In this document: positions 7,762-16,995 of the stretch, piece after piece
How positions within the stretch are numbered: the first letter of the stretch is position 1
Layout: each line of letters starts with the position of its first letter
Source: Candidatus Iainarchaeum sp.
GTDB taxonomy: Archaea; Iainarchaeota; Iainarchaeia; Iainarchaeales; GCA-2688035
Assembly: GCA_017610175.1 (NCBI GenBank)
Contig: JAFCCO010000022.1
Location: 1-17,348 of the forward strand
Length of the DNA: 17,348 nt
Direction of reading: 5' to 3'
Program-made: the position numbers and the translations under genes
Notes under the pieces: generated by a model
Told to the model about the DNA's origin: nothing
The model's database searches: none
Seen by the model: only the letters and a program-made list of their open reading frames with translations

Positions 7762-9102
7762 TTATTTGCCGTGGTTGAATATGAAGTAAACCGGGATTCC
7801 CACCACCAAAGCGGCTGACCCAAACAATATTGCATTGAATTCAACCCTTGAAATCATAAACAGCGCGGCCACAACCCCGAGAAAAGAAATTATTGGAAAT
7901 TTGCCCACATTGCACGGAACCCTGAAAATGCGCTCGTCATCAGGCCGGGTGTAACGCGCAACAATTGCGGAAAGGTTCACCATAAAAAACATCGCAAACA
8001 CCCCGAAATTTGTTATGAACGCAACCTGCCTAATGTCGCCAATAAACACAAAGAGAATTGCAACACTCGACGTCAACGCAATTGCGACAAACGGAGTGTG
8101 CGTTTTGCCATGCACCCTTGCAAGCAGCTTTGGCAGGCAGTTGTCGTTTGCCATCCCGTAAAGCATTCTGGAAACGGCCACAAGAATTATCAGCACAGTG
8201 CTTGCCGTTGCAAACAATGCAATGAATGCAAAAACCGTTGCCCCAACCGGACCCAAAACGGTTCCGGCAACAAGGGAAATCGGGGCCTTTGATTCGGCAA
8301 GCTGCGCCCAGGGAACAATGCTAATGGAACTAATCGCCACAAGCACGTAAAGGACTGTTGACACAATGAGTGCAAGAAGAATTGCCTTCGGGACAGCGTG
8401 CTTTGCGTTAACAGTTTCCTCACTGATGTTTGCAATGTCCTCAAATCCTATGTAGGCAAAGAAAATTAGCGCGGCCGCAATTGTAATGTTGTTGAGGAAA
8501 TCAAAAGTTCCAAGCGAGGGGGAAATTCCCGCAAAATAATCAACGCTCCCAAAGAAAGGAATTCCCATAATTATTATCAGCACAAGCCCTGAAATTGCCA
8601 CAACGGTCAGAACAAGATTCAGGCGCGAGCTCTCCTTTACCCCGAGAAAGTTAACGATTGAAAGGACAACAATTGCCGCAATCGCAGTCAGCACAAGCGG
8701 TGTCCCAAAAATTCCCACAAAATAGCCCGCAAAGCCAAGGGAAACTGCCGAAACCGAAACCATTGCCGCAAACATTGAAATCCAGCCCATTAGAAAGCCA
8801 AGCAGGCTGCTTTTGAATGCGTTCTTTACATAAATGTATTCCGCCGCACTCTTTGGAAACATGCTGCTTAATTCACAATAGCTTAAGGCAGTGAATGAAG
8901 CAACAGCCGCCGCAAAAATGAAGGAAAGCCAAAGGCTGTTTCCGGCAATTCCCGCAGCCTCCCCAATGAGCGCGTAAATTCCGGCCCCCAAAATTATCCC
9001 AAGGCCGTAAACCGTTGCCTCTGCAAGTGAAATTTCCTTTTTCAGGCCAGGCCTGATTGGTTGGGGTTCATGCTGGTGCAGGGGATGCCTCAAAAGGAAC
9101 AC
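7762..9102 (-). CDS. APC-superfamily amino acid permease
   Basis: TM1 motif GIILGAGIYA, SYCELSSMFPKSAAEY, FFAYIGFEDIANISEET, SRMLYGMA..LP, KTHTP; about 12 hydrophobic segments. The start is GTG 9102, or TTG 9093 with AGGTG as SD. Confidence 0.93.
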   Translation of the reverse strand: MFLLRHPLHQHEPQPIRPGLKKEISLAEATVYGLGIILGAGIYALIGEAAGIAGNSLWLSFIFAAAVASFTALSYCELSSMFPKSAAEYIYVKNAFKSSLLGFLMGWISMFAAMVSVSAVSLGFAGYFVGIFGTPLVLTAIAAIVVLSIVNFLGVKESSRLNLVLTVVAISGLVLIIIMGIPFFGSVDYFAGISPSLGTFDFLNNITIAAALIFFAYIGFEDIANISEETVNAKHAVPKAILLALIVSTVLYVLVAISSISIVPWAQLAESKAPISLVAGTVLGPVGATVFAFIALFATASTVLIILVAVSRMLYGMANDNCLPKLLARVHGKTHTPFVAIALTSSVAILFVFIGDIRQVAFITNFGVFAMFFMVNLSAIVARYTRPDDERIFRVPCNVGKFPIISFLGVVAALFMISRVEFNAILFGSAALVVGIPVYFIFNHGK

Positions 9103-9645
9103 CTACTTTTTCCGGTACCACGCGGTAAAAGAATACATATAGTAAAAGAACCCAAGAAACACCACCGCAACAACTGCGTTGAGAATCGTTGTGAACGGGT
9201 CATAAATTCCCGCCTTTTGCCATGGAATAATTTCAAAGCCAGGCTCAAGCCATGCAACAAGGGTGATAACAACCGCCAGAACAAAGCTTGCCTCAATAAG
9301 AAGCAGTGCCGCCTTTCTGGTGTCTGTTTTAACTCCCGCAAGCTTTTCTTTGGCAGCAACCGAAATTGTCCCCTTTGCCTGCTCTTGCGCAATGCGAAGC
9401 TCGGGTGCTTTCTTGTTTATTGTAAAGTAAAGGATTGCAAGCAGTGCAATCGAGAGAAGAAAAGAGCCTGCAATAACAGGGTCTGCGGTAAGATTAAATG
9501 AAATCGCCCTTGTTGCAAAGTTAAACTCCAGGCCGATTACCTTGTAGAAGAAATAAACCACAAGCATTACAACCGCAAGCTCTGCAACAAGCAGTGCAAT
9601 AGGCCCCTTGTTTGCCTTCACCTTTTCTTTGTTTACTTTAATCAT
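9103..9645 (-). CDS. Uncharacterised 4-TM membrane protein made of two similar hairpins
   Basis: Four hydrophobic segments with Lys-rich linker and termini. It abuts the APC gene (TAG|GTG). Confidence 0.8.
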   Translation of the reverse strand: MIKVNKEKVKANKGPIALLVAELAVVMLVVYFFYKVIGLEFNFATRAISFNLTADPVIAGSFLLSIALLAILYFTINKKAPELRIAQEQAKGTISVAAKEKLAGVKTDTRKAALLLIEASFVLAVVITLVAWLEPGFEIIPWQKAGIYDPFTTILNAVVAVVFLGFFYYMYSFTAWYRKK

Positions 9646-9666
9646 TAAACAATAGAATTGCTTTTT

Positions 9667-10224
9667 TTATATAAAAAGGTTGTTGATTAGCGAAATTGCC
9701 GCCTGCGGGTACGCTGAGAACAAAATAACAAGCCCAAGCCAGACAAGCTGCAAAGAGGGGATTTTGTCAATTACCAAAATTGCGCCTGTAAGCATCAGAA
9801 CAGGGATAAAGATTACAATTGATGCAAGCGCCCAAGCAAGCCTTGAAAGCATTGTCCCCTCCCGAATTCTCTTAAGGCAGGAACTTTTTACCGCATTGAA
9901 TGCGTTCATTGCGTCCTGCACGCTTGGAAAGGAATGAAAAATTAACGAGACCGAAAGCCAGTAGAAAGGAATTGCAAGAATGCTTTGCGCGGCCCAAAAC
10001 TCGTGCGCATAGAAAAGAAGCCATAAGCCCAAAATGTTGTTCAAGGCAAAGGGCGCAAGAGTAATTGCAATTGACTGCCTCCCGCCCGGAGCCGCGTGCT
10101 GAACATATGCCTCCTTTAAGTCAAAGAGCTTTACCTTGTGAACCTCCACACCCACAAAAATGCAGGCAATGTAGTGGGCAAGCTCGTGGAAGATAACGCC
10201 CGGAAAAAGAAGCCTGAAAAGCAT
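9667..10224 (-). CDS. Membrane-embedded HEXXH zinc metalloprotease (M50/DUF3267-like)
   Basis: PGVIFHELAH near the N-terminus, LAP turn motif, PSVQD candidate third Zn ligand, several TM helices. It lies 8 nt after the HTH gene, with a GGTGG SD. Confidence 0.8.
   Translation of the reverse strand: MLFRLLFPGVIFHELAHYIACIFVGVEVHKVKLFDLKEAYVQHAAPGGRQSIAITLAPFALNNILGLWLLFYAHEFWAAQSILAIPFYWLSVSLIFHSFPSVQDAMNAFNAVKSSCLKRIREGTMLSRLAWALASIVIFIPVLMLTGAILVIDKIPSLQLVWLGLVILFSAYPQAAISLINNLFI
9668..9680 (-). promoter_or_regulatory. TATA box overlapping the protease stop codon; candidate leaderless promoter for the 4-TM/APC unit
   Basis: Minus-strand TTTATATA at 9675-9668, starting 30 nt before ATG 9645. 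Confidence 0.55.
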
Positions 10225-10232
10225 GCCACCAC

Positions 10233-10667
10233 TTATCGCTCTACCTTAATTCCAAATTCCTCGTCTATTTCGCGGGCAGCCCGCTTCATTCTGGAAAAGA
10301 TTCTTTCAATGTCTTCCTCAATTTCCTCAATTGTCCTGAACATGCTTCTGCTTCTGGGAACATAGTTTCTGCCCAACCTTACAACAAGCCCGCTTCTCAT
10401 CAGATTGTTTAAGTGGTTGATTACGCTGCCGCGGGACATGCCAACCCTGCGCGCTATTTCGGACGATGAAATCGGGGCATTGTGCTCTGCCGCATAAACA
10501 ATTTCCTTGAAAACACTGCTTGCGGTTTTCTCCTTATCAATCGGTTCAAAGAAACCAAAGGAACGGCAAATCCAGTCAAGCTCGTTTGCAAGGTCGCGTG
10601 AAAAAGGTTTTTCAACCCTCCTAACCACAATCTTAAAAGTGGCCCTGCGCCTGTTCTCTTGGTCCAT
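10233..10667 (-). CDS. Winged helix-turn-helix transcriptional regulator with C-terminal coiled coil
   Basis: ISSSEIARRVGMSRGSVINHLNNLMRSGLVVR HTH plus wing (RLGRNY); amphipathic tail IEEIEEDIERIFSRMKRAAREIDEEFG. Confidence 0.88.
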   Translation of the reverse strand: MDQENRRRATFKIVVRRVEKPFSRDLANELDWICRSFGFFEPIDKEKTASSVFKEIVYAAEHNAPISSSEIARRVGMSRGSVINHLNNLMRSGLVVRLGRNYVPRSRSMFRTIEEIEEDIERIFSRMKRAAREIDEEFGIKVER

Positions 10668-10744
10668 AGAAAAAATAAGCCACGGAAAACATATAAACGT
10701 TTTGTTTAAAGAAATCTATAAAGGATTAAAATATTTAGTTAAAA
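10668..10744. promoter_or_regulatory. Divergent promoter region between the wHTH gene and grpE-dnaK-dnaJ
   Basis: Minus-strand TTTATATG (10697-10690) starts 30 nt before ATG 10667. Plus-strand GAAATCTATAAAG (10711-10723) lies ~29 nt before GTG 10745. Palindromes AAACGTTT (10695-10702) and AAATATTT (10729-10736). Confidence 0.65.
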
Positions 10745-11233
10745 GTGGTGTTTTTGGCCAAGAGCAAAAAAAAGAGTGAAAAGCCCAAAAAGGCGGGCAT
10801 TGCAGAAACAGAGGAAACCCTGCAAAGAATTCAGGCAGAATATGAAAATTACATCAAGCGCGCCGAAAAGCAGTGCGCTGAGGCAAAAGAGCAGGGAAAG
10901 GCAGAGGCTGTTGCAAAAATGCTTCCCCTCATTGACTCAATCGACGCCTCAATTGAAAACTTAAGGAAAACAACATTGGTTTCAAAGGAAGCCGCACTTG
11001 AAGGGCTTGAAAAGCTCGGCGGGCAGGCAACCTCGCTTATGAAAGAAAATGGTTTAGAGCACATTGAATGTGTTGGAAAGGCATTTGATTCCAACTTGCA
11101 GGATGCGATGATGACAGGCTGTGACGAGGGAAAGGAAGAGAAAACCGTGCTGGAAGAAGTGCAGAAGGGATATCTGCTCAACGGAAAAGTTTTGAGGCAC
11201 GCAAAGGTGAAAATAAACAAGTGCAAGGAGTGA
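10745..11233 (+). CDS. grpE: Nucleotide exchange factor GrpE
   Basis: LQRIQAEYENYIKR, LPLIDSID, GKAFDSNLQDAM, VQKGYLLNGKVLRHAKVKI; located upstream of dnaK. The start may be TTG 10754, after GGTG. Confidence 0.96.
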   Translation: MVFLAKSKKKSEKPKKAGIAETEETLQRIQAEYENYIKRAEKQCAEAKEQGKAEAVAKMLPLIDSIDASIENLRKTTLVSKEAALEGLEKLGGQATSLMKENGLEHIECVGKAFDSNLQDAMMTGCDEGKEEKTVLEEVQKGYLLNGKVLRHAKVKINKCKE

Positions 11234-11239
11234 ATTTTT

Positions 11240-11326
11240 ATGGTTAAAATAAATCCAGTTGAATTTCCGGAAGAATTGTACCCTGGCGAAATGATGCCTG
11301 AGGGTATGGCAAAAGGAGGATGTTAA
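11240..11326 (+). CDS. Unannotated 28-aa small ORF ([28 protein letters not shown])
   Basis: SD GGAGTGA (11227-11233) lies 6 nt before ATG 11240. TAA at 11324-11326 is 1 nt before the dnaK ATG, so the ORF fills the intergenic gap. Confidence 0.5.
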   Translation: MVKINPVEFPEELYPGEMMPEGMAKGGC

Positions 11327-11327
11327 A

Positions 11328-13196
11328 ATGGCAAAAGTGATTGGAATAGACCTTGGAACAAGCAACAGTGCGGCTGCATTTCTCGAAGCGGGAAAGCCGA
11401 AGATGATACCAAGCGCGGAGGGAAACTCACTCTATGGAAAAGCGTTCCCAAGCGTTGTGGCAATAACAAAAGAGGGCCAGGCCCTGATTGGAGAGCCGGC
11501 GCGAAGGCAGCGCGTAACAAACCCTAAAAACACATTCAGCGAATTCAAGCGAAAAATGGGAACCCCCCACAAATACAGCGCAAACGGAAAAGATTACACT
11601 CCGCAGCAGCTCAGCGCATTTATACTGCAGAAAATCAAGAAAGACGCGGAAGAGTTCCTCGGAGACAAGGTTGAAAAGGCAGTAATAACTGTGCCGGCAT
11701 ATTTTGACGACAACCAAAGGCAGGCAACAAAGGACGCGGGAAAAATTGCAGGGCTTGAGGTAATAAGAATAATCAACGAGCCGACCGCGGCATCGCTTGC
11801 ATACGGCCTTGACAAAAAGGAAAAAGAGCAGAAAATCCTCGTCTTCGACCTTGGGGGCGGAACACTCGACGTTACAATAATGGAGTTCGGAGAAGGGATT
11901 TTTGAGGTAAAAAGCACAAGCGGAGACACTGAACTCGGCGGAACAGACATGGACGAAATCATTGTTGACTACATCGCAAAGGAATTTAAAAAAGACCAGG
12001 GAGTCGACTTAAAGAAAGACACAATGGCAATGCAGAGATTAAAGGAAGCCGCGGAGAAGGCAAAGATAGAGCTCTCAACCGTTGTGGAAACAGACATTAA
12101 CCTGCCTTATGTAACCGCAGACAGTTCAGGCCCAAAGCACCTTACAATGAAAATTTCAAGGGCAAAGCTTGAGCAGCTTGTGGAGCCGGTAATTGGCAAA
12201 TGCGAAAAGCCGGTGCAGCAGGCGCTTGCGGACGCAAAGGTCCAGCCTGCAGACATAAGCAAAATAATTATGGTTGGCGGTCCGACAAGAATGCCTGTGG
12301 TGCAAAAATTTGTTGAAAAAATTGTTGGCTCAAAAGTGGAGCGCGGAGTAGACCCAATGGAATGCGTTTCACAGGGAGCAGCAATACAGGCCGGTGTTCT
12401 GGAGGGAGACATTAAGGACGTTCTCCTGCTTGACGTTACACCACTAACCCTTGGAATTGAAACACTTGGAGGCATAAAGACACCTCTTATTGAGAGGAAC
12501 ACAACAATCCCAACCAAAAAAAGCCAGGTGTTCTCAACAGCCTCAGACAGCCAGCCGGCGGTGGACATTCACGTGCTCCAGGGAGAGCGCGAGTTCGCAA
12601 AAGACAACAAGACTTTGGGAAGGTTCCAGCTAGTGGGAATTGCACCCGCACCAAGGGGAATTCCGCAGATTGAAGTAACCTTTAACATAGACGCAAACGG
12701 AATAGTGAACGTTTCGGCAAAGGACCTTGGAACAGGAAAAGAGCAGAGCATTAAGATTGTTGCAGGCCAAAAGCTTGACGAGAAAGACATTGAAAAGATG
12801 AAGAAAGAGGCAGAGGAGCACGCGGAAGAGGACAAAAAGCGAAAGCAGGACATTGAAACAGTAAACGAGGCCGACGCAACAATTTACTCAACCGAAAAAA
12901 TGCTGACAGACCTTAAAGGAAAAGCTGACGACGCAAAGCTCAAGCTGGTTGAGGAAAAACTCAAGGAATTAAAAGGGCTTATGGGAAAGGACCCAAAGGA
13001 CGTTCCGGCAATCAAGGCAAAGCTTGATGACATGAACAAGACTTTGCAGGAAGTCGGAACAGAGCTCTACCAAAAAGCAGCACAGCAGCAACAAGAAGCC
13101 CAGGCAGGCCCCGAAGAAAAGAAGGAAGAGGGCAAGGAAAAGGACGAGAAGGTTGTTGATGCCGAGTTCGAGGAAAAGAACGAGGACAAAAAGTAA
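11328..13196 (+). CDS. dnaK: Molecular chaperone DnaK (Hsp70)
   Basis: [53 protein letters not shown]; SD GGAGG upstream. It lacks the ~24-aa N-terminal insert of Gram-negative DnaK. Confidence 0.99.
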   Translation: MAKVIGIDLGTSNSAAAFLEAGKPKMIPSAEGNSLYGKAFPSVVAITKEGQALIGEPARRQRVTNPKNTFSEFKRKMGTPHKYSANGKDYTPQQLSAFILQKIKKDAEEFLGDKVEKAVITVPAYFDDNQRQATKDAGKIAGLEVIRIINEPTAASLAYGLDKKEKEQKILVFDLGGGTLDVTIMEFGEGIFEVKSTSGDTELGGTDMDEIIVDYIAKEFKKDQGVDLKKDTMAMQRLKEAAEKAKIELSTVVETDINLPYVTADSSGPKHLTMKISRAKLEQLVEPVIGKCEKPVQQALADAKVQPADISKIIMVGGPTRMPVVQKFVEKIVGSKVERGVDPMECVSQGAAIQAGVLEGDIKDVLLLDVTPLTLGIETLGGIKTPLIERNTTIPTKKSQVFSTASDSQPAVDIHVLQGEREFAKDNKTLGRFQLVGIAPAPRGIPQIEVTFNIDANGIVNVSAKDLGTGKEQSIKIVAGQKLDEKDIEKMKKEAEEHAEEDKKRKQDIETVNEADATIYSTEKMLTDLKGKADDAKLKLVEEKLKELKGLMGKDPKDVPAIKAKLDDMNKTLQEVGTELYQKAAQQQQEAQAGPEEKKEEGKEKDEKVVDAEFEEKNEDKK

Positions 13197-13211
13197 ACCC
13201 TGCTGATTTGA

Positions 13212-14336
13212 ATGCCCACAAAAAGAGACTACTACGAGATTCTTGGGCTTAGCAAAGGCGCAAGCATCGACGAAGTAAAAAGGGCATACAAGAAACTTGC
13301 AAAAAAGTACCACCCGGACATTAGCAAAGAAGATAACGCAGAGGACAAATTCAAGGAAGTTCTCGAAGCATACCAGGGCCTTAGCGACCCGCAGAAGAAA
13401 GCAAACTACGACCGGTTCGGGCACGCGGCAGAGGGATTCCAGGGCTTTCAGGGATTCAGAGGGGCAAACGCACGCGACTTTGAATTCGACATGAACGACT
13501 TGTTCAACAACCTTGGAAGCTTTGGAGATATGTTCCGCGGTGCATTCGGACAAGGCGGACCGCGAACAGGGGCAAGCATAAGGCACGACCTAAACATTAG
13601 TTTTGAAGAGGCCGCATTCGGAACAGAGAAGGAAATTACAATCCCAAGGATTGAGAAATGCGGCAAATGCGACGGCTTTGGAGGGGAAGGAAGCAAGAGA
13701 TGTACCCGCTGCAACGGAGCAAGGGTAATCAGGCGGGAGCAAAGAACCCCGTTTGGAACATTTGTAACCCAGACACAGTGCCCTGAATGCAAGGGAAAAG
13801 GAACCGTTGTTGAAAAAGTCTGCAAAAAATGCAGCGGAAAGGGAATTGACCGGGTAAAAAAGAAAATCAATGTAAAGATTCCCGCAGGAATTGACTCAGG
13901 AAACCACTTGCGCCTTGCAAAAATGGGAAACGCGGGCAAGGACGGAGGGGGATACGGCGACCTCTATGTTGTGGTGTTTGTTGACGAGCACGAAGTATTC
14001 AAAAGGGACGGCGCAGACATTTACGCTGAAATCCCAATCAGCTTCTCTGAAGCGGTTCTTGGAACAAAGATTGACGTTCCCACCCTCAGGGGAGAGGGCA
14101 CAATAAAGATTCCAGGCGGAACCCAGACAGGAACAATCTTCAGGCTGAAAGACAAGGGAATCAAGGACCTTTCAACAGGAAGGACAGGGGACGAATACGT
14201 CAAAGTTATTGTGCAGGTTCCAAAAAAAGTAAGCAAGAAAGAGCGGGACTTAATCGAAGGGCTTGCAGAGGAAGACTCGCTAAAGAAAGAAAGAAAAGGC
14301 TTCTTTGAACGGATTGCAAAAAAGTTCAAGCACTAA
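13212..14336 (+). CDS. dnaJ: Chaperone DnaJ (class A)
   Basis: J-domain DYYEILG...YHPD, G/F region, four CxxCxG zinc-finger repeats, C-terminal domains. Confidence 0.99.
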   Translation: MPTKRDYYEILGLSKGASIDEVKRAYKKLAKKYHPDISKEDNAEDKFKEVLEAYQGLSDPQKKANYDRFGHAAEGFQGFQGFRGANARDFEFDMNDLFNNLGSFGDMFRGAFGQGGPRTGASIRHDLNISFEEAAFGTEKEITIPRIEKCGKCDGFGGEGSKRCTRCNGARVIRREQRTPFGTFVTQTQCPECKGKGTVVEKVCKKCSGKGIDRVKKKINVKIPAGIDSGNHLRLAKMGNAGKDGGGYGDLYVVVFVDEHEVFKRDGADIYAEIPISFSEAVLGTKIDVPTLRGEGTIKIPGGTQTGTIFRLKDKGIKDLSTGRTGDEYVKVIVQVPKKVSKKERDLIEGLAEEDSLKKERKGFFERIAKKFKH

Positions 14337-14470
14337 AAAAGGGCGGGACTTGCATTTAAATTAATTTCCCAAGTGAATTCTCTTAGGTGTTTTGCATCGT
14401 ACGCAAGAAAAATGCATAATTTGAGCACTTATTCTTTGAAATGCACAGATGGAAAAGTGAGCGTGGTTTA

Positions 14471-16864
14471 ATGGCTTTGGATTTGCACGCAATGGAAGAA
14501 AAATGGCAGAAAGCCTGGGAAAAGGACAAAACCTACAAATTTGACGCAAAAAGCAAGAAGCCAACCTACTCAATTGACACCCCCCCGCCAACAGTTAGCG
14601 GAGTAATGCACATGGGGCATGCCTTTGCATTTACCCAGCAGGACTTTATTGCCCGCTACAAAAGAATGCAGGGCTTTGAGGTATTCCAGCCATTCGGCTT
14701 TGACAACAACGGCCTTGCAACCGCATTAATGGTTGAAAAAAAACTCAAAATAAGGCAGAGTGATTACTCAAGGGAAGAATTTATCAAACTCGTTCTGGAG
14801 CACACAAGGGAACAGGAAAAGCTAATGGAGGAACGTTTCAGAGAAATTGGATTAAGCGTTGACTGGACCCTCATTTACAGAACAATCGATAAGCTTGCAC
14901 GCAAGACCGCACAATACAGTTTTCTGGATTTGCACAAGAAAGACAGGCTTTACCAAAAAGAGGCGCCGACAATGTGGTGCCCAAAATGCGGAACAGCCGT
15001 TGCACAGGCAGAACTTGAAGGCAGGGACATTGACAGCACATTCAACGACATTGTGTTCAAGACCGAGGACGGAAAGGATGTAGTAATTGCAACAACCCGC
15101 CCCGAACTTCTTCCAAGCTGTGTGGCCGTTTTTGTAAACCCAAAGGACAAAAGGTACAAGCACCTTGTCGGAAAGAACTTAACGGTTCCACTGTTCGAAA
15201 TGAAGGTTCCGGTTATAGCGGACCCGAGGGCCGATCCTGAAAAGGGAACAGGAATTGTGATGTGCTGCACCTTCGGGGACCAAACAGACATGGAGTGGTA
15301 CTTTGCGCACTCGCTCCCGATGGTAATTTCAATTTCCCAGCACGGAAAGATGACTGAGAAAGCCGGGAAGTACGCGGGCTTAAGCATTAAGAATGCAAGA
15401 CGGGAAATCACAAAGGATTTGAAGGAAGCAGGATTGCTTGTGAAACAGCAGCCAATAACCCACACAGTTAACGTTCACGAGAGATGCAAAACAGAAATGG
15501 AAATTCTTCACACAAAACAGTGGTTTGTAAGATACCTTGATTTGAAGGATGAGTACATTGCAAAAGGAGAGGCCCTTCAGTGGATTCCAAAGCACATGAA
15601 ATCAAGGTACAACAACTGGATTAACGGGCTGCAGTGGGACTGGTGCATTTCAAGGCAGAGATTTTACGGAGTCCCGTTCCCGGTTTGGTACTGCAAGAAG
15701 TGCAGAAAACCAAAGCTTGCCTCGGAAAAAGAGCTGCCGGTTGACCCAATCAAGGACAAGCCAAAAGGGAAATGCGAATGCGGCGGGACAGAATTTGAGC
15801 CCGAAAACGACACATTTGACACATGGTTTACCTCCTCGCTGACACCGCAAATTAACGGCAAGTGGGTTGAAGACAAGAAATTTTTCAAAAAGATTTTCCC
15901 AATGGACCTAAGGCCGCAGGGCCACGACATAATTGCGCTCTGGGCATTTAACACAATTGTGAAATCGCTGTTCCACCAGCAGCAGCTTCCGTGGAAAACG
16001 ATTACAATAAACGGCTGGGCACTTGACTCAAAGGGAAAGAAAATGAGCAAAAGCCTTGGGAACGTGATTGAACCCAGAAAAATGATTGAAAAATACAGCG
16101 CAGACGTTTTAAGGTACTGGGCCGGCCTGCCAACTCTCGGAGAGGATGTTCCCTTCCAGGAAAAGGAACTGGTTGCGGGAAAGAAATTTGTTACAAAAGT
16201 GTACAATGCAGCCCGCTTTGTTTCAAGCGCGTGCGAAGGGCTTGGAAAAGTCAGTGAATCAAAGCTCAAGCTATGGCCCGAGGACAAATGGATTCTGAGC
16301 AGGCTTAATTCAGTTAAGAAGGAATCAACTGAAGCCATGGAATCATACGAATTCAGCAAATGCCTCAACCCTGTGAGAAACTTCTTCTGGCTTGAGTTTG
16401 CAGACTACTACATTGAGGAAGTAAAGCACAGGATTTACGGAGAAAACAAGGAAAGCAAAAAGGCCGCACAGTTTGTGCTAAGGAAGGTTTTGTGGGAAAC
16501 AAACCTACTGCTTGCCCCGTTTTTGCCCCACATCGCAGAGGAAATTGCGCACGGGATGTTCAAGAACCTGCTTAAGGAAAAAAGCATTCACCTGGAGCAC
16601 TGGCCAAAAATTGAAGAGGAAATGATTAACCCAAAGGCGGAAGAGCTTGGAAAGGCAATTGCAGAGATAATTTCCGCAATGAGAAAGCAGAAAAGCCAGG
16701 CAGGACGCCCACTAAACACTGTTGTAAAGAAGGCCGTTGTCACTGTTCCCGAGCCTGAAAAGCTTAAGTGCGCAGAGGAAACAATAAAGCAAACCATGAA
16801 AGTGGAATCCCTTGAATTCAAGAAAGGGGACACAATTTCGGTTGAAACAAAACTTGCAGAATAA
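14471..16864 (+). CDS. valS: Valine--tRNA ligase, archaeal type
   Basis: DTPPPTVSGVMHMGH, ATTRPE, GTGIVMCCTFGD, DWCISRQR, RPQGHDII, KMSKS. ATG 14471 (MALDL..EEKWQ) fits the family N-terminus better than 14441. Confidence 0.97.
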   Translation: MALDLHAMEEKWQKAWEKDKTYKFDAKSKKPTYSIDTPPPTVSGVMHMGHAFAFTQQDFIARYKRMQGFEVFQPFGFDNNGLATALMVEKKLKIRQSDYSREEFIKLVLEHTREQEKLMEERFREIGLSVDWTLIYRTIDKLARKTAQYSFLDLHKKDRLYQKEAPTMWCPKCGTAVAQAELEGRDIDSTFNDIVFKTEDGKDVVIATTRPELLPSCVAVFVNPKDKRYKHLVGKNLTVPLFEMKVPVIADPRADPEKGTGIVMCCTFGDQTDMEWYFAHSLPMVISISQHGKMTEKAGKYAGLSIKNARREITKDLKEAGLLVKQQPITHTVNVHERCKTEMEILHTKQWFVRYLDLKDEYIAKGEALQWIPKHMKSRYNNWINGLQWDWCISRQRFYGVPFPVWYCKKCRKPKLASEKELPVDPIKDKPKGKCECGGTEFEPENDTFDTWFTSSLTPQINGKWVEDKKFFKKIFPMDLRPQGHDIIALWAFNTIVKSLFHQQQLPWKTITINGWALDSKGKKMSKSLGNVIEPRKMIEKYSADVLRYWAGLPTLGEDVPFQEKELVAGKKFVTKVYNAARFVSSACEGLGKVSESKLKLWPEDKWILSRLNSVKKESTEAMESYEFSKCLNPVRNFFWLEFADYYIEEVKHRIYGENKESKKAAQFVLRKVLWETNLLLAPFLPHIAEEIAHGMFKNLLKEKSIHLEHWPKIEEEMINPKAEELGKAIAEIISAMRKQKSQAGRPLNTVVKKAVVTVPEPEKLKCAEETIKQTMKVESLEFKKGDTISVETKLAE

Positions 16865-16995
16865 AGCCCACAAAACTTTGCAGAAACACCTGTCAAATGC
16901 AAGAATTTGAATGCCCCAAATTGGTGTTTGCTCCCTAACGGTTCGCCAAGACTCCCGCCCCACCCTTCTTTTGTCACCGGCGCTGCCGGACCAAA

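Noticed and set aside
13433-13462. 9-bp tandem repeat in dnaJ
   Set aside because: It encodes [10 protein letters not shown] in the ordinary G/F-rich linker.
14361-14591. Minus-strand ORF ending in CVRC, and a CIRCE-like half site (TGAGCACTT ~14422)
   Set aside because: The ORF overlaps valS antisense and has a single CxxC and no SD. There is no second CIRCE arm, and the site is downstream of the chaperone operon.
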